A stretch of 64,000 nt of DNA, from assembly GCF_963921235.1 (NCBI RefSeq), contig NC_086100.1, positions 127,102,001 through 127,166,000 of the forward strand. Direction: 5' to 3'. The notes under the pieces were generated by a model. That model saw nothing but the letters and a program-made list of their open reading frames with translations. It ran no database searches and was not told the DNA's origin. The first letter of the stretch is position 1. Each line of letters opens with the position of its first letter. The translations under genes and the position numbers were made by a program. This document shows positions 12,480-26,365 of the stretch, in pieces. The stretch is from Mobula hypostoma (lineage: Eukaryota).

Positions 12480-14605
12480 AAGTTAAAGGAGTTCAGCAGG
12501 GAGGAGAGGCAGTAGAGGCCTTAAAAATGCATTAAGGTATACAAATCCCCGGCCCGGACCTAGTACATTCTTGGACCTTGCAGGAAGGTAGGGAAGAAAT
12601 TGTGGACACCCTTGCAGAGATTGTTGCTTCATCTCTGGCCAAAGGCAAGGCTCTGAAGAACTGGAGAGTGACTAATGTGGTACCATTGTTTAAAAAGGAT
12701 AGCAAAAACAAGCCAGGCAACTACAGGTCTGCAAGTTTTACATCAGTGGTGGCTAAATTGTTGGAGAGAATTCTGAGGAACAAGGCCAACCAACATTTGG
12801 AGAAATGGTCTGATTTGAGACAGTCAGCATGGCTTTGTGCATATGATGTGTCTGAAATATCTTGGGAGTTCAAGGAGGTAACCAAAAGGGCAGATTGAGA
12901 GTAAGGAAGTGGATGTTGCCTATATGGACTGTAGGAAGGGCTTTGATAATGTCCCCAATGACAGGCTAGTCTGGAAGGTTAGATCACATGGGATCCAGGG
13001 GGGAGATAGTAGACCAGATTCATAATTGTAATTTATAAACAATTTGGATGTGAATATACAAGGGCATGGTAAGTAAGTCTGAATGTGATACTAAACTAGG
13101 AGATGCAGTTAACAGTGTAGAAGGGTATGAAAAATTACAGGGTGTGTGGGCTGAGGGTTGGCAAATTGCTATACTATATTATATATAACAACAACAAGCG
13201 GGGGAACATGGGGAGTATTATGGAACAGACGGACTGAGCAATACAAGTGCATTATTCAAGAGCACAGAAAAGATTTACTAGGTTGTTGCCTGGACAAGAG
13301 AGCCTGAGTTACATGAAGACATTGCATAGACAAGGATTATTTTCCCTGAATCATAGGAGATTAAGGGGTGACCTGATAAGGGTTTAAGATGGCGCTACCA
13401 AAGATGTGCGACAGCTTACTTGCAGTTTGAAAGGTCAGAAATTCAACTAAAAACATTACTCATAACATCTTTTCTGAAGAAAATTTGGTGAACTATCACC
13501 ACGGACAGTGAGGAGGCAGGGAGAGGGGAGGCTGGTTTGGCGTATGAGCTGTGCTGAGGCATTCCAAGGCACAACGTGTTTGAGCTGCCAGGGACACATA
13601 CAGAGTTCATATTGCTGCTGGGGATGGAGTGAGTGATTTGGAGAGGAGTCAATGTGGAAGAGCTTCAAAGCCCAGCCACTTAACCTGGGTGTGAGGTTGG
13701 ATTGCTCCAAGCAGCAAGCCGATTTGGTGAGATCAAGAATGGCTTCAGACAGAGCGGCCCAGACTTATTGAGGCACCAGAATCCAGGTCCTAGAACGTGG
13801 CACTACTCGATGCTTGGACAATTTAAATGTCAGCACAGATAGACTGGAAGCCCGAGTGTCAGGTACGGAGGCAAGGTTCAGGCTGATTCCACTCACTTTC
13901 CCGCGAATGTTTATTCCTTTCTCTGTAGCACCGAGGCTGTAAACTGATCCAAATGCTGTGCGTTTCTGCCCAACTGCTGTGATAAACTGGGGACTGAGGC
14001 TTTGGGCCTGCTCTGGGAGCGGATCTGGGACTCAGTCTGGTTTGGGATGCTGTTGGCTTGTTTCTATTGTTAGCATGCTGTGTGCTTTTTCCCTTTCTGT
14101 CTTCCTCTGCGCAGTGGTTTTTGGTCTTTTTTTTAAAAATTGGGTTATTTGGGTCTCTTATTTTGTGCCTGCCTGTAAGCAGACAAATTTCAAGATGTAC
14201 AATTTGTACATTCTTTGATAATAAATGTGCTTTGAATCTTTGAAGGTACACAAAATCACGAGGGAGCACAGACAGGATGAAAACACATCGTCTGGTTCTC
14301 TGGGACAGGGGTGTTAAAAACAAGAGGACATACGGTTAAGATCAGCAATGAGAGATTTTAAAAAGGGACATCAGGGAAAACTTTTTCACACAAAAGATTG
14401 TGTGTAATTGGAATGAGCTGCCAGAAATAGTGGTTGAGGTGAGCTCGCTAGCAACATTTAAAAGCCATCTACCTAAGTAATGGATAGGAGAGGTTTAGAG
14501 GGTTGCAGGCTAAATGAGGGTTGATGGGACCAGCTAGCTGGCCAACACAGTCAGCATGGATAATCTGGGTTGAATGGTCTCATTCCACATTGTTATGATT
14601 CTGTA
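12480..14605 (+). mobile_element. Degraded CR1 LINE split by a nested insertion at about 13385-14244
   Basis: WRVTNVVPLFKKDSKNKPGNYRSASFTSVVAKLLERI; the CR1 3' region resumes at about 14245. Confidence 0.8.
13385..14244 (+). mobile_element. Non-autonomous LINE-derived element nested in CR1
   Basis: Starts AAGATGGCG, ends ATAAA..TTTGAATCTTTGAA; interrupts CR1 between GGTGACCTGATA and GGTACACAAAATC. Confidence 0.55.
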
Positions 14606-15254
14606 AATGCTGCTTTGAGCATTAATTTTTAAAAAAACTAAACTATTAACAAATATTCATAACCTTAAATTGTGAGCTTTTGAGTATAAATTTCAGAAAC
14701 AAATACTTAACCCTAAAGACAATTTACATTGCCTGTACAACCCAATTCTTGTCTGAAAGCTTTACTGTCTTCGTCCCTGTTAAATTAGCAGCATTAACTC
14801 TTTATTGAAGATGGATACAGAACTATTCATTGGTAGTATAACCATATCCTCTGCCTCCTCTAAATGATCTCCCCTGCAACACCCAATTGCACCCATCCTT
14901 CACACATGTAATACCTGTGAAAGTATCTGCTCTATTTTCATGCGATCTCTTTACCAAACTTCTGCAGCACTATGTTTAGGAATTATGAATCCAAGATTTA
15001 TCAATAGTCAAAAAGTAAAATGCTGCAAATGTTGGAAGTTTTAAATAAAAACAGAAAATAATCAAATGCTCATAGGGCAGGGAATGCCTATGTAGAAAGA
15101 TAACATTTCATTAGAACTAGTATATCAAAACTATTGTTACTTTAACAATTTCCTGACTTTTTAAAAAAAATCAAGCTGCTTTTTCTGTTGCATTTTAATT
15201 TCTGTAATAGGGTCCAATTATAGATACCTACCTCACTAAATTCCATCTATGTTG

Positions 15255-15460
15255 TTGCTGTTCCTTTTCATTCCTTGTGGTGCATCAGGTGGCATTTTTG
15301 TTGTTTCCATAGCATTTTACTTTTTTTTTAAAAAAGGAGGCCAAGTTGCTAGCTTAACACTCAACCCAGCAAGAATGGAAAGCATGAGATGAGCCGGCCA
15401 TATTTGAACTAGGGACCATTTGCCTCGAAGTCCGGTACTGATGTCATTGCACCACTGGAC
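15255..15460 (-). mobile_element. tRNA-derived SINE, degraded
   Basis: Minus-strand head CCAGTGGTGCAATG...GTTCAAAT resembles A/B boxes. Confidence 0.45.
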
Positions 15461-15780
15461 AGATACAAAGTCCATCTATGGATGATCTTAATTTGCCCCC
15501 GTGTGGAATGCTTTTCATCTGTATACTAACCATCCCTTCTTTGAAGATACCCCTTTGCTCAGTTCCTGTTTTATCTGCCAATATTTTGATTCTATTTAAT
15601 CTGAAACAAATTCTTTCAACTCACTGAAATTAACACCTTTCAATTGTATGATCTTTGTATTTGACCTTCATCATTTTCCTAAACTGCAGTTTTAATGATT
15701 TTTTAGTTATTCTTTCCCAATTACTCTCCTACAAAAATGTACACCAATTTCCCACTTCATTCTTTTGAATTAAATTGTGT

Positions 15781-18700
15781 GGGGTTCCGGTGATGTCACT
15801 GTCCAAATGGCAGCTTAAATCAATAGCTCCTCTGGAAAAATGCACATTTTTCCCCATTAATCTATCAAATACAAGATCTTTCAAAAATATCTGAATTGAT
15901 AAGGGGGGCAAGAATGGGGAAAAAGAATGGAGATAAAAAAAAGCATCACTGGGGAGCCTATGGAAGGGAGACATACAACCAGTGGCTCTCCTACACGTGC
16001 GCATGGTGGCGAAGCTGACGCTGGGCTTCGTTCAGGCGAAGCAGCAAATATGATGAAGATCCTGGAAGAGATAAGGGAAGTCCAAAAAGATATAAAATGG
16101 CAACTAAATGATACAAAGTCAGAGCTTGCCAACATCAATCAGAAAATAGTGGTGGCAGAGACACGAACTGAGGTGGAAGATCGTGTGCAAAACGTGGAAC
16201 AGATACTAAGTAAGACGATAAAAATATTAAATCAACAGGAAAGTAAATTGCTTGACCAGGAGGGAAGATCGCAATGGAAAAATATCAGGATTTATGATGC
16301 TCCCGAAGGAGCGGAGGGGTTGTCAATGATGGAGTTTGTAGAAAAGTTGCTGCGGGAAGCACTGGAGATTCCCCCGACTATGGAGATTGAAATTGAGAGG
16401 GTGCATCGTGAGCTTGTCCCGAGGCCTTCCAGAGGCAGACAGAGTAAGCCGCGCTCAATAGTACTTAGATTCCTTCGATTCAAGAGCAAGGTGGAGATTC
16501 TACGAAGGGCCTGGGGTAAGAAGAGGGTGTTTTGGAACGGGAAGTTAATATACTTCGATCAAGATTGCCCCCCGGCAGTCCTACAGAAACAGAAGGAATA
16601 GTCCAAAGCAAAACGAATATTAAAGCAAGAAAAGATTAAATTCCAAACCCCGTGCCCTGCTAAACTGAGGGTGTTTTACGAAGGAGGGATACAGCTATAT
16701 CAGACGGTAGAAGCGGCAACTGCAGACATGAACAACAGAAGGTTGCCCATTAGTGTGGTCAGACCGAGGGAAGGCCTGGCTAAGCAGTTATCCCGATCTG
16801 CTTGGGAAATGGTAAGAGAATCGAGAAGGCAGGGGACGGGAGCAGGACGAGAGAAGGATATTAGGAAGAAACTGTGAGTTCTCCGAATTCAGCCCTCATC
16901 TCCTCCAGAAGGTTTGGCTAACTTTAAAAGTGCTGATAATCTAAACGGAAACAAAAATAGACAGTGATAACCTATCTCGAGTAATACGTATTATAATGTA
17001 GATTTTATATTACTCAATTTTTTTTATTCATTCATTCCTTTTCCCCCACTTAAATGAGAATATACACACGGGAGGAATATACAGGGAAATCATTTCTGTG
17101 TAATGGACATAAGATTTTTTTTTACTTACTTTTATAGGTACTGCAGCAGGGGCCCTCAACTCACAGGTAGGAGGGGCTATCCCCCATGGCTAGACTTTTC
17201 TTCTAGCTCAACCCAGAGTCATCTAGAGACCCCAGCCTTGGAATCACACCTTTGTTACCTATTTTTTTCATTATTTGCGTTTCTTGGCTATTATTTGTTC
17301 AGGGAGTAGATTGATTAAGTTATATTCTGCAAATTTCAATGATATACTAACCTAAATACGCATGGCTAAGGACAAAGTAAAATGTATTTCTTTTAATGTC
17401 AATGGGCTGTTAAATCCAATCAAACGCAGTAAAATTCTATCAAAAATGAAAAAGGAACAAGCCCATGTAGTATATTTACAGGAAACTCACAAGTGATAAT
17501 GAGCATGGAAAATTAAAGAGAATGGGCTTCACAAATTTGTTTTTCTCCTCATATAAATCAGGACATAGAAGAGGAGTTGCTATTCTCATCTCAAGCAAAC
17601 TAAATTTTGAAAAAGTATTCGAAATGGGAGATAAGGAGGGCAGATATATTCTGGTAAGGAGGAATATAGATGGAAATCCAGTTACTTTATTGAATATATA
17701 TGCACCCATATGAGGTGATATTATTTTCTTCCAGAAAATTACTAATATTATGGTAATTGAAACAGAAGGTCTCTTGATATGTGGGGGAGACTTAAATTTA
17801 CAATTACACCCAAAGTTAGACTCTTCCAACAGAAAAACCTATGAAACAAAGTCTTTACATAAGAAAGTTAACACACTTTTTGAGGATGTGGGTCTAATTG
17901 ATATATGGAGGGATCTTTTCCCCCAGAAGGGATTACACTCATTATTCTGCCCCCCATTCCGTATATACAAGAATAGACTATTTCATAACATTTGGAAAAG
18001 ATAGAGACAAAATAATCACCTGTGGAATTGGGACAATAGATGTAAGTGACCATGCACCTATATATTTATCTGTTGATTTTGACCTACAGCCAAAGAATAC
18101 TATTTGGAAACTAAATTCAAGTCTACTCAATGATCCCTATTTTAAGGAACAAATTAAAAAAGAAATTGGTCTTTACTTAGAATTCAATGATAATGGAGAG
18201 GTTTCACCTCCCATTCTATGGGATACTCTGAAGGCTGTCTTAAGAGGGAAAATTATAGTGATATCTCCAGATAAGAAAAGAATAAGGAATACTGTAAAAC
18301 ATTAGAGGAATTACAAAATAAGCTGAAGGAACTAGAGAAAAAACACAAATTGAGTTTGGCACAGGATACATTAAAGGAAATTTAAAAAATTAGCAATGAA
18401 ATTAATAGTTTGGCTATACAAGAAATTAGAAAAAATTTAATGTTTCTGAAACAGAGACACTATGAAAGTGGATCTAAATCTATGAAAATACTGGCGTGGA
18501 AACTGAAAGAAAAGATAGCAGAAAATACAATTCCTAGAATTAGGGATCTGAGAACAAAAGTGGTAAAAATAAGCTAAGAACAAGATGCTATCAAGATATA
18601 TATGGCAAGGTGAAAGGCCTAGGGTTCATCTCAAAACTTTGCAATTAGCCAAGGAAAGCTGGGGGAATGGGGCCTACCTTCTCTTAGAGATTATTACTTT

Positions 18701-20063
18701 GCAGCACAGTTGAGAGCTGTGATATGCTGGTGCAACCCATCATATGACGCTCAATGGAAAAACATTGAGGAGAGGATACTTTTCATCCCCATACAAGCAA
18801 TTTTGGCTGATAACAACCTACAAAGGTACATAAACACTACTGATAACCCATGGGTGAAATGGACTCTTAAAATATGGAAAACTATTATAAAAGAATATAA
18901 ACTAGAGAGAGACATTGCAATTCTTAAATGGTGTGCATATGACTCGGATTTTATGCCGAATAAACTGGATGCTAGATTTAAGGACTAGACAGCTAAAGGA
19001 ATAACAGCTATTTGCAATGAAACAAGGAACACTGTTCAGTTTTGAAATGCTCAAAGAGAAATACTTACTAGAAAAACAAGACTTTTATCAGTATTTACAG
19101 ATGCAACAGTATGTTAATAGGAAGGTTAAAAATGTAACCAAGGCAAGTACATGTCTGATAGAGCTACTTAGAAAAGCATACAACTAAGACAACGGTAGTA
19201 AAATAATTTCAAGCATAAGGGTTTGTCAAATCTTAAAACACATTCAACGCCATACATTAAAACAAAATCAGCAAAGGAAGGAGGGATAATAATATCTGAG
19301 GAAGAACAGGCAATAATATGGAGGTATCAGAGGAAGTGTACCAGTTCACAGAAATGGGAGTTTGGGTGGAAAAACTTGATAAGATATTTTATTACAACCT
19401 CTCAGAAATCCCATTATGATAGTAACCTCCCTGTTTGCTGGAGAAATTGTGGAAATCAAAAAGCAAACCATTATCATATTTTCTGGGAATGCCCCGTTAT
19501 CAAAGACTATTGGAGTGGGATACATAATGCCCAACAAGACATCTTTAAATGTGAAATTCCCTTAGAGAGTAAGACCATATATTTTGGGTATATACCTCAA
19601 GAATGGTTGAAAAGAGATAAATACTTCAATGAACGTTCGGCTGGTAAAAAGACCCTTACCAGGAAATGGTTATCACAGGAGAGCCCAACTTTAAATATAT
19701 GGATGGAAATTACAATGGACACTTACAAAATGGAGAAGATAACAGCATCTGTTAATCATAAGTTGGAACTATTTGATTCATACTGGGAAAAATGGTTTAA
19801 CTACATAACACCTCCTAGGTCTGATTTTATTCTCACAAGTCAATGAATATGTTGTAAAAAAAATCACTCCCTACTCTGTACATAGTTTTCTTCTTTTGAT
19901 TGTTCTTTCTTTCCTCTTCTTTCAACGAGTGTATACCTCAGATAAATATTATGTGGAGATTTGTGACAAATATGATTATATGGTATCTATGTACAGTATC
20001 TGAAATACATCTTATGGAAATGTTTGATGATGAACTTCCATAAAAAATAAATTACAAAAAAAA
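15781..20063 (+). mobile_element. L1-clade LINE with both ends present and RT deleted, in GATB intron 5
   Basis: ORF1 (15927-16877, L1 coiled-coil/RRM-like KNIRIY..PEGAE), ORF2 APE from 17362 (SFNVNGL, LQETH, GGDLN, RIDYF, SDHAP), C-terminal CWRNC..HIFWEC, A-rich tail. Imperfect TSD GAATTA(A/G)ATTGTG at 15767-15779 and 20064-20076. Confidence 0.92.
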
Positions 20064-21084
20064 GAATTAGATTGTGCATTTTATCTTTACTCAATGCTAT
20101 GAAAACATATTGGGGCAAATCTTTCAGGCTGTGATTTGCAGTCTGAGGACCCTGATGGCATTCAGCATGCCACCTGGAGCAAGTCCTATATTTACACAGG
20201 CTAATTGCAAGTCCAAGGTTGAGTAACAGATGACATTACATCTGTCATTATGTTTTGCTACTGGGCTCCACATGGGGTCTGGCTGTACTGAGATTTCCCA
20301 GCACTACTCTGGGGAAAGTGGCTTTCAATCCTATGTCTAAAATAATGCATGATCAGCAACACCCTTTCATTTCTTCGCATATTCTCATGTTTCTCACCCT
20401 ACTGCTTAGGAAGTAAAGGTAAGAGTTTTAAAAAATTATTTTACTATAGGTTTATGTTTGTATATCCAAGTTTCTTTGTGTATTTTAAGCAACATTTTAA
20501 AAATGCTTTAATTTTTCTATCAACTTTATGGACCATTAAAAATTAATGATCAGATCAATTATGACCTTTCACAAGTTTCCACTCCTCTTTGCTATCGAAT
20601 CCTTCTGGGATATAATTGGTTGTAAACTTAGTAGTACACCAATTCAGGATGCTGATGGTGAGCAAATACGATCTTATGATCCGCTCTAGGTGTTTGTAGC
20701 TGGGCGGCTAAAGAAAATTAATTTGCTTCAAGTAAAGAAATCTCAGCAAGGTGCTAAGGCTATTATTAACGATCATACTGAGCCGAATAAAACCTGTTAG
20801 GTTTTTAACTCTAGGAGCAGCTATGGGATGCACCCCTGATCTATATGTTTGGACAAGTTCAAGCATGATTGTGATGGTTCTTGTAGAAGTATCATTAAAG
20901 CTGATAGAAGTATGATATACCTCAGGTCTCCACAACTATCTATAGCTTGCAACTTTAGAATAAATGGCTCTAATAATCTACTTCCTACCTGATACACTAA
21001 CACATTTCTGAATTCCTGTCATTCGTAATGCATTTATTTCTTAATATTCATCAGCAAAAAAAACAACTGCAGGCTGTATTTCCA

Positions 21085-23079
21085 TTCCTGGCATATAGGC
21101 AGAGACTAAAGACGACAGCACCAGTGGTGATTATGTCAAAGGAGGCATAGCAGCACTTACAGGACTGTTTTGAATCAGTGGACTGGACGATATTCAGGGA
21201 TTCATCTTCGGATCTGAATGAATCAGCTTCAGTTGTCACAGACTTCAAGATCTATGCAGATGAGTGTGTCCATTTGAGAATATACTGGACATATCCAAAC
21301 CAAAAGCAGTGGAAGAAACGCAAGATTCATAGTCTGCTGAGGGTTAGACATATGGCATTCAAGACCAATAATCCAGAACTATGCAAGTAGTTCAGGTACG
21401 ACCTACAGAAGGCTATTTTAAGAGCAAAAAACAATTCAGATTGAAGTCAAAGACTAAATTGGATGCATGTCAGTTCTGGTAGGGTTTGTAGGCCATTACC
21501 TTCTACAAGGTGAAACCTAACATCATGAATGGCTGTGATGTTTCACTCCCAGATGAGCTAAATGCCTTTTATGCACGCTTTGAAATGGAGAATAAAACTA
21601 CCCTGTGCAAATCCTTGCCGTATCTGATGACACTAATCCGTCACTGAGGCCGATGTCAGAGCACCTTTCATGAGGATGAACCTTCACAAGGTAGGTCAGA
21701 CCCTGATGGTGTACCTGCCAGGGCTCTGAAAGCCTGTGAATACCAGCTGGCAGGAGTACTCAAGGACATCTTCAATCTCTCACTGTTGCAGTCCCACCTG
21801 CTTCAAAAGGGCAACAATCACATTGGTGCCCAAGAGCAGGGTGAGCAGCCTCAATGACTATCATCCAGTGGTACTCCTATCTACTGTGCTTAAATGCTTT
21901 GAGAGGGTGGTAATGGCTAGATTAAACTGCTGCCAAAGCAAGGACCTGAACCCACTACAATTTGCCTATCACCACAATAGGTCTATAGCTGATGAAATAC
22001 CACTGGCTCTCTACTTGGCCTTGCATCATCTGAACATTCGCCATACCTACATCAGGCTGCTGTTTACTGATTACAGCTCAGCATTCAACACCACCATACC
22101 CTCAGTACTAATCAGCAAGCTCCAAAACCTAGGCCTCTGTACCTCTGTCTGTAACTAGTTCCTCGATTTCCTCATCAGAAGACCACAATCAGTGCAGATT
22201 GGAAATAACATTTCCTCCTCACTGATAATGAACATCGGTGCACCTCAAGGATGCATGCCTAGCCCACTGCTCTACTCTCTCTACACTAATGACCGTGTGG
22301 CTAGGCACAGCTCAAATATCATCTATTAATTTGTTGATGACACAACTATTGTTGGCAGAATTTCAGATGGTGATGAGGAATGAGATAGATCAGCTGGTTG
22401 AATGGTGTCACAACAACATTATATTAAACGTTATTAAGACCAAGGAATTGATTGTGGACTTTAAGAAGTTGAGGGAACACACAACAGTCCTCATTGAGGG
22501 AATCACAAGTGGAAAAGGTGAGCAGTTTCAAGTTCCTGGGTTTCAACATCTCTAAAGATCTATCCTGGACCCAACATATTGATACAATTACAAAGAAAGC
22601 ACAATAGCAGTGAAATTTCATTCAGAGCTTGAGAAGACTTGGTTTGTCACCAAAGATCTTGCAAATTTCTACAAATGTACAATGGAGAACATTCTAACTG
22701 GTTGCATCACCGTCTGGTATGGAGGGGCCACTGCACAGGATTGGAAAAAGTTGTAGAAAGTTGCAAACTCAGTCAGTTCCAACATGGGCACTAGCCTCCT
22801 CAGTATCGAGGACATTTTCAAAAGGAGGTGCCTCAAAAATACGACATCCATCATTAAGGAGCCCCCATCACCCAGGACATGCCTTCTTCTCATTGTTACC
22901 ATTAAGGAGGTACAGGAACTTGAAGACACACTCTGAACATTTTAGGAACAGCTTCTTTCCCACTGTCATCAGATTTCTGAATGGACAATGAATCATAAAC
23001 ACAACCTGTTTTTTTGCTCTCTTCTTGCACTACTTATCTAATTTCTATTTATTTCAATAGCATGATACTGCAAAACACC
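21085..23079 (+). mobile_element. Rex/Babar-like LINE (RT), 5'-truncated; tail resumes at 24427-24460 after the Penelope insertion
   Basis: LNDYHPVVLLSTVLKCFERVV, QFAY, LFTDYSSAFNT, KTKELIVDF, FRNSFFP. Confidence 0.88.
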
Positions 23080-23149
23080 ACATTTCATGACACACATCAA
23101 AGTTGCTGGTGGACGCAGCAGGCCAAGCAGCATCTGTAGGAAGAGGTGC

Positions 23150-23185
23150 AGTCGACGTTTCAGGCCGAGACCCTTCGTCAGGACT
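23150..23185 (-). ncRNA. Minimal type I hammerhead ribozyme motif on the GATB sense strand
   Basis: Exact reverse complement of the 24276-24311 motif. Confidence 0.8.
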
Positions 23186-24275
23186 AACTGAAGGAAGAGT
23201 GAGTAAGGGATTTGAAAGTTGGAGGGGCAGGGGGAGATCCAAAATGATAGAAGACAGGAGGGGGAGGGATAGAGCCAAGAGCTGGACAGGTGATAGGCAA
23301 AAGGGGATACGAGAGGATCATGGGACAGGAGGTCCGGGAAGAAAGACAAGGGGTGGGGGGGGACCCAGAGGATGGGCAAGGGGTATATTCAGAGGGACAG
23401 AGGGAGAAAAAGGAGAGTGAGAGAAAGAATGTGTGCATAAAAATAAGTAACAGATGGGGTACGAGGGGGAGGTGGGGCCTTAGCGGAAGTTAGAGAAGTC
23501 GATGTTCATGCCATCAGGTTGGAGGCTACCCAGACGGAATATAAGGTGTTGTTCCTCCAACCTGAGTGTGGCTTCATCTTTACAGTAGAGGAGGCCGTGG
23601 ATAGACATGTCAGAATGGGAATGGGATGTGGAATTAAAATGTGTAGCCACTGGGAGATCCTGCTATCTCTGGCGGACAGAGCGTAGATGTTCAGCAAAGC
23701 GGTCTCCCAGTCTGCGTCGGGTCTCGCCAATATATAAAAGGCCACATTGGGAGCACTGGACGCAGTATATCACCCCAGTCGACTCACAGGTGAAGTGTTG
23801 CCTCACCTGGAAGGACTGTTTGGGGCCCTGAATGGTGGTAAGGGAGGAAGTGTAAGGGCGTGTGTAGCACTTGTTCTGCTTACACGGATAAGTGCCAGGA
23901 GGGAGATCAGTGGGGAGGGATGGGGGGGGGACGAATGGACAAGAAGTTGTGTAGGGAGCGATCCCTGCGGAATGCAGAGAGAGTGGAGGAGGGAAAGATG
24001 TGCTTAGCGGTGGGATCCCGTTGGAGGTGGCGGAAGTTACGGAGAATAATATGTTGGACCCGGAGGCTGGTGGGGTGGTAGGTGAGGACCAGGGAAACCC
24101 TATTCCTAGTGGGGTGGCAGGAGGATGGAGTGAGAGCAGATGTACGTGAAATGGGGGAGATGCGTTTAAGAGCAGAGTTGATAGTGGAGGAAGGGAAGCC
24201 CCTTTCTTTAAAAAAGGAAGACATCTCCCTCTCCCCCTCCAACTTTCAAATCCCTTACTCACTCTTCCTTCAGTT

Positions 24276-24311
24276 AGTCCTGACGAAGGGTCTCGGCCTG
24301 AAACGTCGACT
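24276..24311 (+). ncRNA. Minimal type I hammerhead ribozyme motif (Penelope pLTR)
   Basis: AGTC-CTGACGA-agggtctcggcct-GAAAC-GTC-GACT: stem I AGTC/GACT, conserved core, palindromic ACGT stem III. Confidence 0.8.
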
Positions 24312-24678
24312 GACTCTTCCTACAGATGCTGCTTGGCCTGCTGCGTTCACCAGCAACTTTGATGTGTGTTGCTTGAATTTCCAGCATCTGCAGAATTCCT
24401 GTTGTTTGCGTTTACATTTCATGACATATGCCAGTGTCATTAAACCTGATTCTGATTGAGTAAAACAGCCAAAACTGATATCAGCAGTCTCTTTACATCT
24501 TTACACATTTTATGTCAAAAATCTTATGGTGTGTTGGAGAACATTCTTCAACTGCTCCCATTCAATAATACAGCAGTTTGTAGCCAATAGTCTCTGAATT
24601 AAACAAAATATGAATTAAACAAAATAAAGTTTGTGAATACAGAAGCATGACCTCAGATGTAGAGAACATAACGCTTAC

Positions 24679-24801
24679 CTGCCATATTTGCATGACTTGT
24701 CCCAAGTGTCTGTAAAATAAGTTGAAGCTCCCTAACTGCTGCTGCAGCTTCATCACCACAACACATATCTGGTTCCATAACAATCTCTATTAAACCAATC
24801 C
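24679..24801 (-). CDS. GATB: GATB exon 5
   Basis: [44 protein letters not shown] acceptor, GTAAG donor; 123 nt. Confidence 0.97.
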
Positions 24802-25124
24802 CTGCAATCAAAAAATTTAGTGTTTATTTCTAGAGGGGAAAACACATTTTAAAAGGGAGGGGTACATTGAGATGGGAAGTCATACATCCTACTGCAATTT
24901 GTAATTAAATGAAGTTTTGAAGAATATTGTTTCTGCTATGAAGGGAAATGCAGTAATGCACACAATAAGAATGAAAGGCATATCAGCTATCTGTTTATAT
25001 TTAACTATTGGCATGAACAGGGAGACATGCTGGTGTTTTCTCAAAGGTGGGAAAGATAACTTGCAGTCATTTGAATGGACAAAATTGACTTGCACCTCAT
25101 TAGAAACACTGATCCTTTTGCCAA

Positions 25125-25885
25125 AAATGGGCAATTTCCAGGTGAGAGTCTTTCACATGCATAGCAACCTGCATTATTTATTTCATGCAGTGCTCCCAAA
25201 GTGGCCTCCTCCACATCGGTAAAACTGGAGAAAGACAGACCCACTGCCTCAATGAGCTTTTTTGCTCCATCCATTGTTGCTATCTGGATCTCCTGGTTAC
25301 CAGCCATTTTAATTATCTACCCCATTCCTACACCAATGTTTGTTAGTGGCCTCCTTTACTGCTAAAGTGAGGCTAAACACAAACTAGAAGAATCTATATT
25401 CTACTTGGATAGTCTGTGATCCAGCCGTATGAACACTGAATTTTCCAACTTCCTGTAAACTACCCCACATCCCTTTTTTTCTCTCCTCCTGAATTATCCA
25501 GTCTCCATCACCCTATCCCTTTTCCCTCATCTGCCCACTCCATCTACCCATTACCCACACACTGATTCCCCTCTCCCACTGCTATCTGCCCCCCCAACCT
25601 CCTTCCCTTTAGTCCGTGCTACACCTTACTCTCTTACCAGATTACATTTTCACCCCACTGTCACTTCCACCAATTATCTCCCAGTTTCTGGTACGATACC
25701 ATGCTCCCCTCCCCCATTGGCCTGTCAATCCCTCTCACCTGGATCCACCTATTGCCTTACAGCTTGCCCCACCCCTTTCCTCTACCTTTTTAAGCTAGCT
25801 AAATCCCCCTCCCACCTTTGAGTCCATTTCCCTCCATAGACAATGCCTGATTTGCTGAGTTTTTCTGTCTTTTTGGGTGTTACTA
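25125..25885 (+). mobile_element. Highly degraded Penelope-like fragment
   Basis: TTCCAGGTGAG...CACATGC and pyrimidine-rich pLTR similar to the other copies. Confidence 0.6.
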
Positions 25886-26365
25886 AAACCTAAGCATTCC
25901 ATCTGCAGTATAAATCATCCAAAAAGCATTTCTGATAATGTCCTCAGAGCCACCAGATCAAAATTATGAGTACATACTCATGTTATTCACCTGAAGAGTC
26001 AAGAACCATGAAATAGTGGGCTGATTAAGATTCTAACAAACCCTAACATCAAAACAGCTTCCATAATGAAAATCATATTTACATTAGGTTACTGGGCAAT
26101 ATAGCTGAAGGGTTTTATTGGCTCTGACAACTCTTACTGTTGGTGTGTGTGTGCATTTGGTAGAAGAAAATTAGTAAGGACTAATATGGAATTGGAATCA
26201 CATTCCATTGTACATTAACCCAGATTTTGGAACCAGAGCCATTTGGAGCAGTAACCAAACCCTGTACCTAGTGACTCAAGTGGGAAAGTTACAGGTAGCC
26301 AATGGCTCCTTCCTTAAAATAAGCCAGGTGCCCACTATGATGGCATAGTAAATCTGTACACCTAC

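Larger units (their letters stand above)
23093..24413 (-). mobile_element. Penelope-like element with GIY-YIG domain and inverted pLTR
   Basis: GVIYCVQCSQCGLLYIGETRRRLGDRFAEHLRSV; about 140-bp inverted repeats (23093-23240 and 24224-24370); 13-bp TSD ACATTTCATGACA at 23080-23092 and 24414-24426. Confidence 0.93.
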
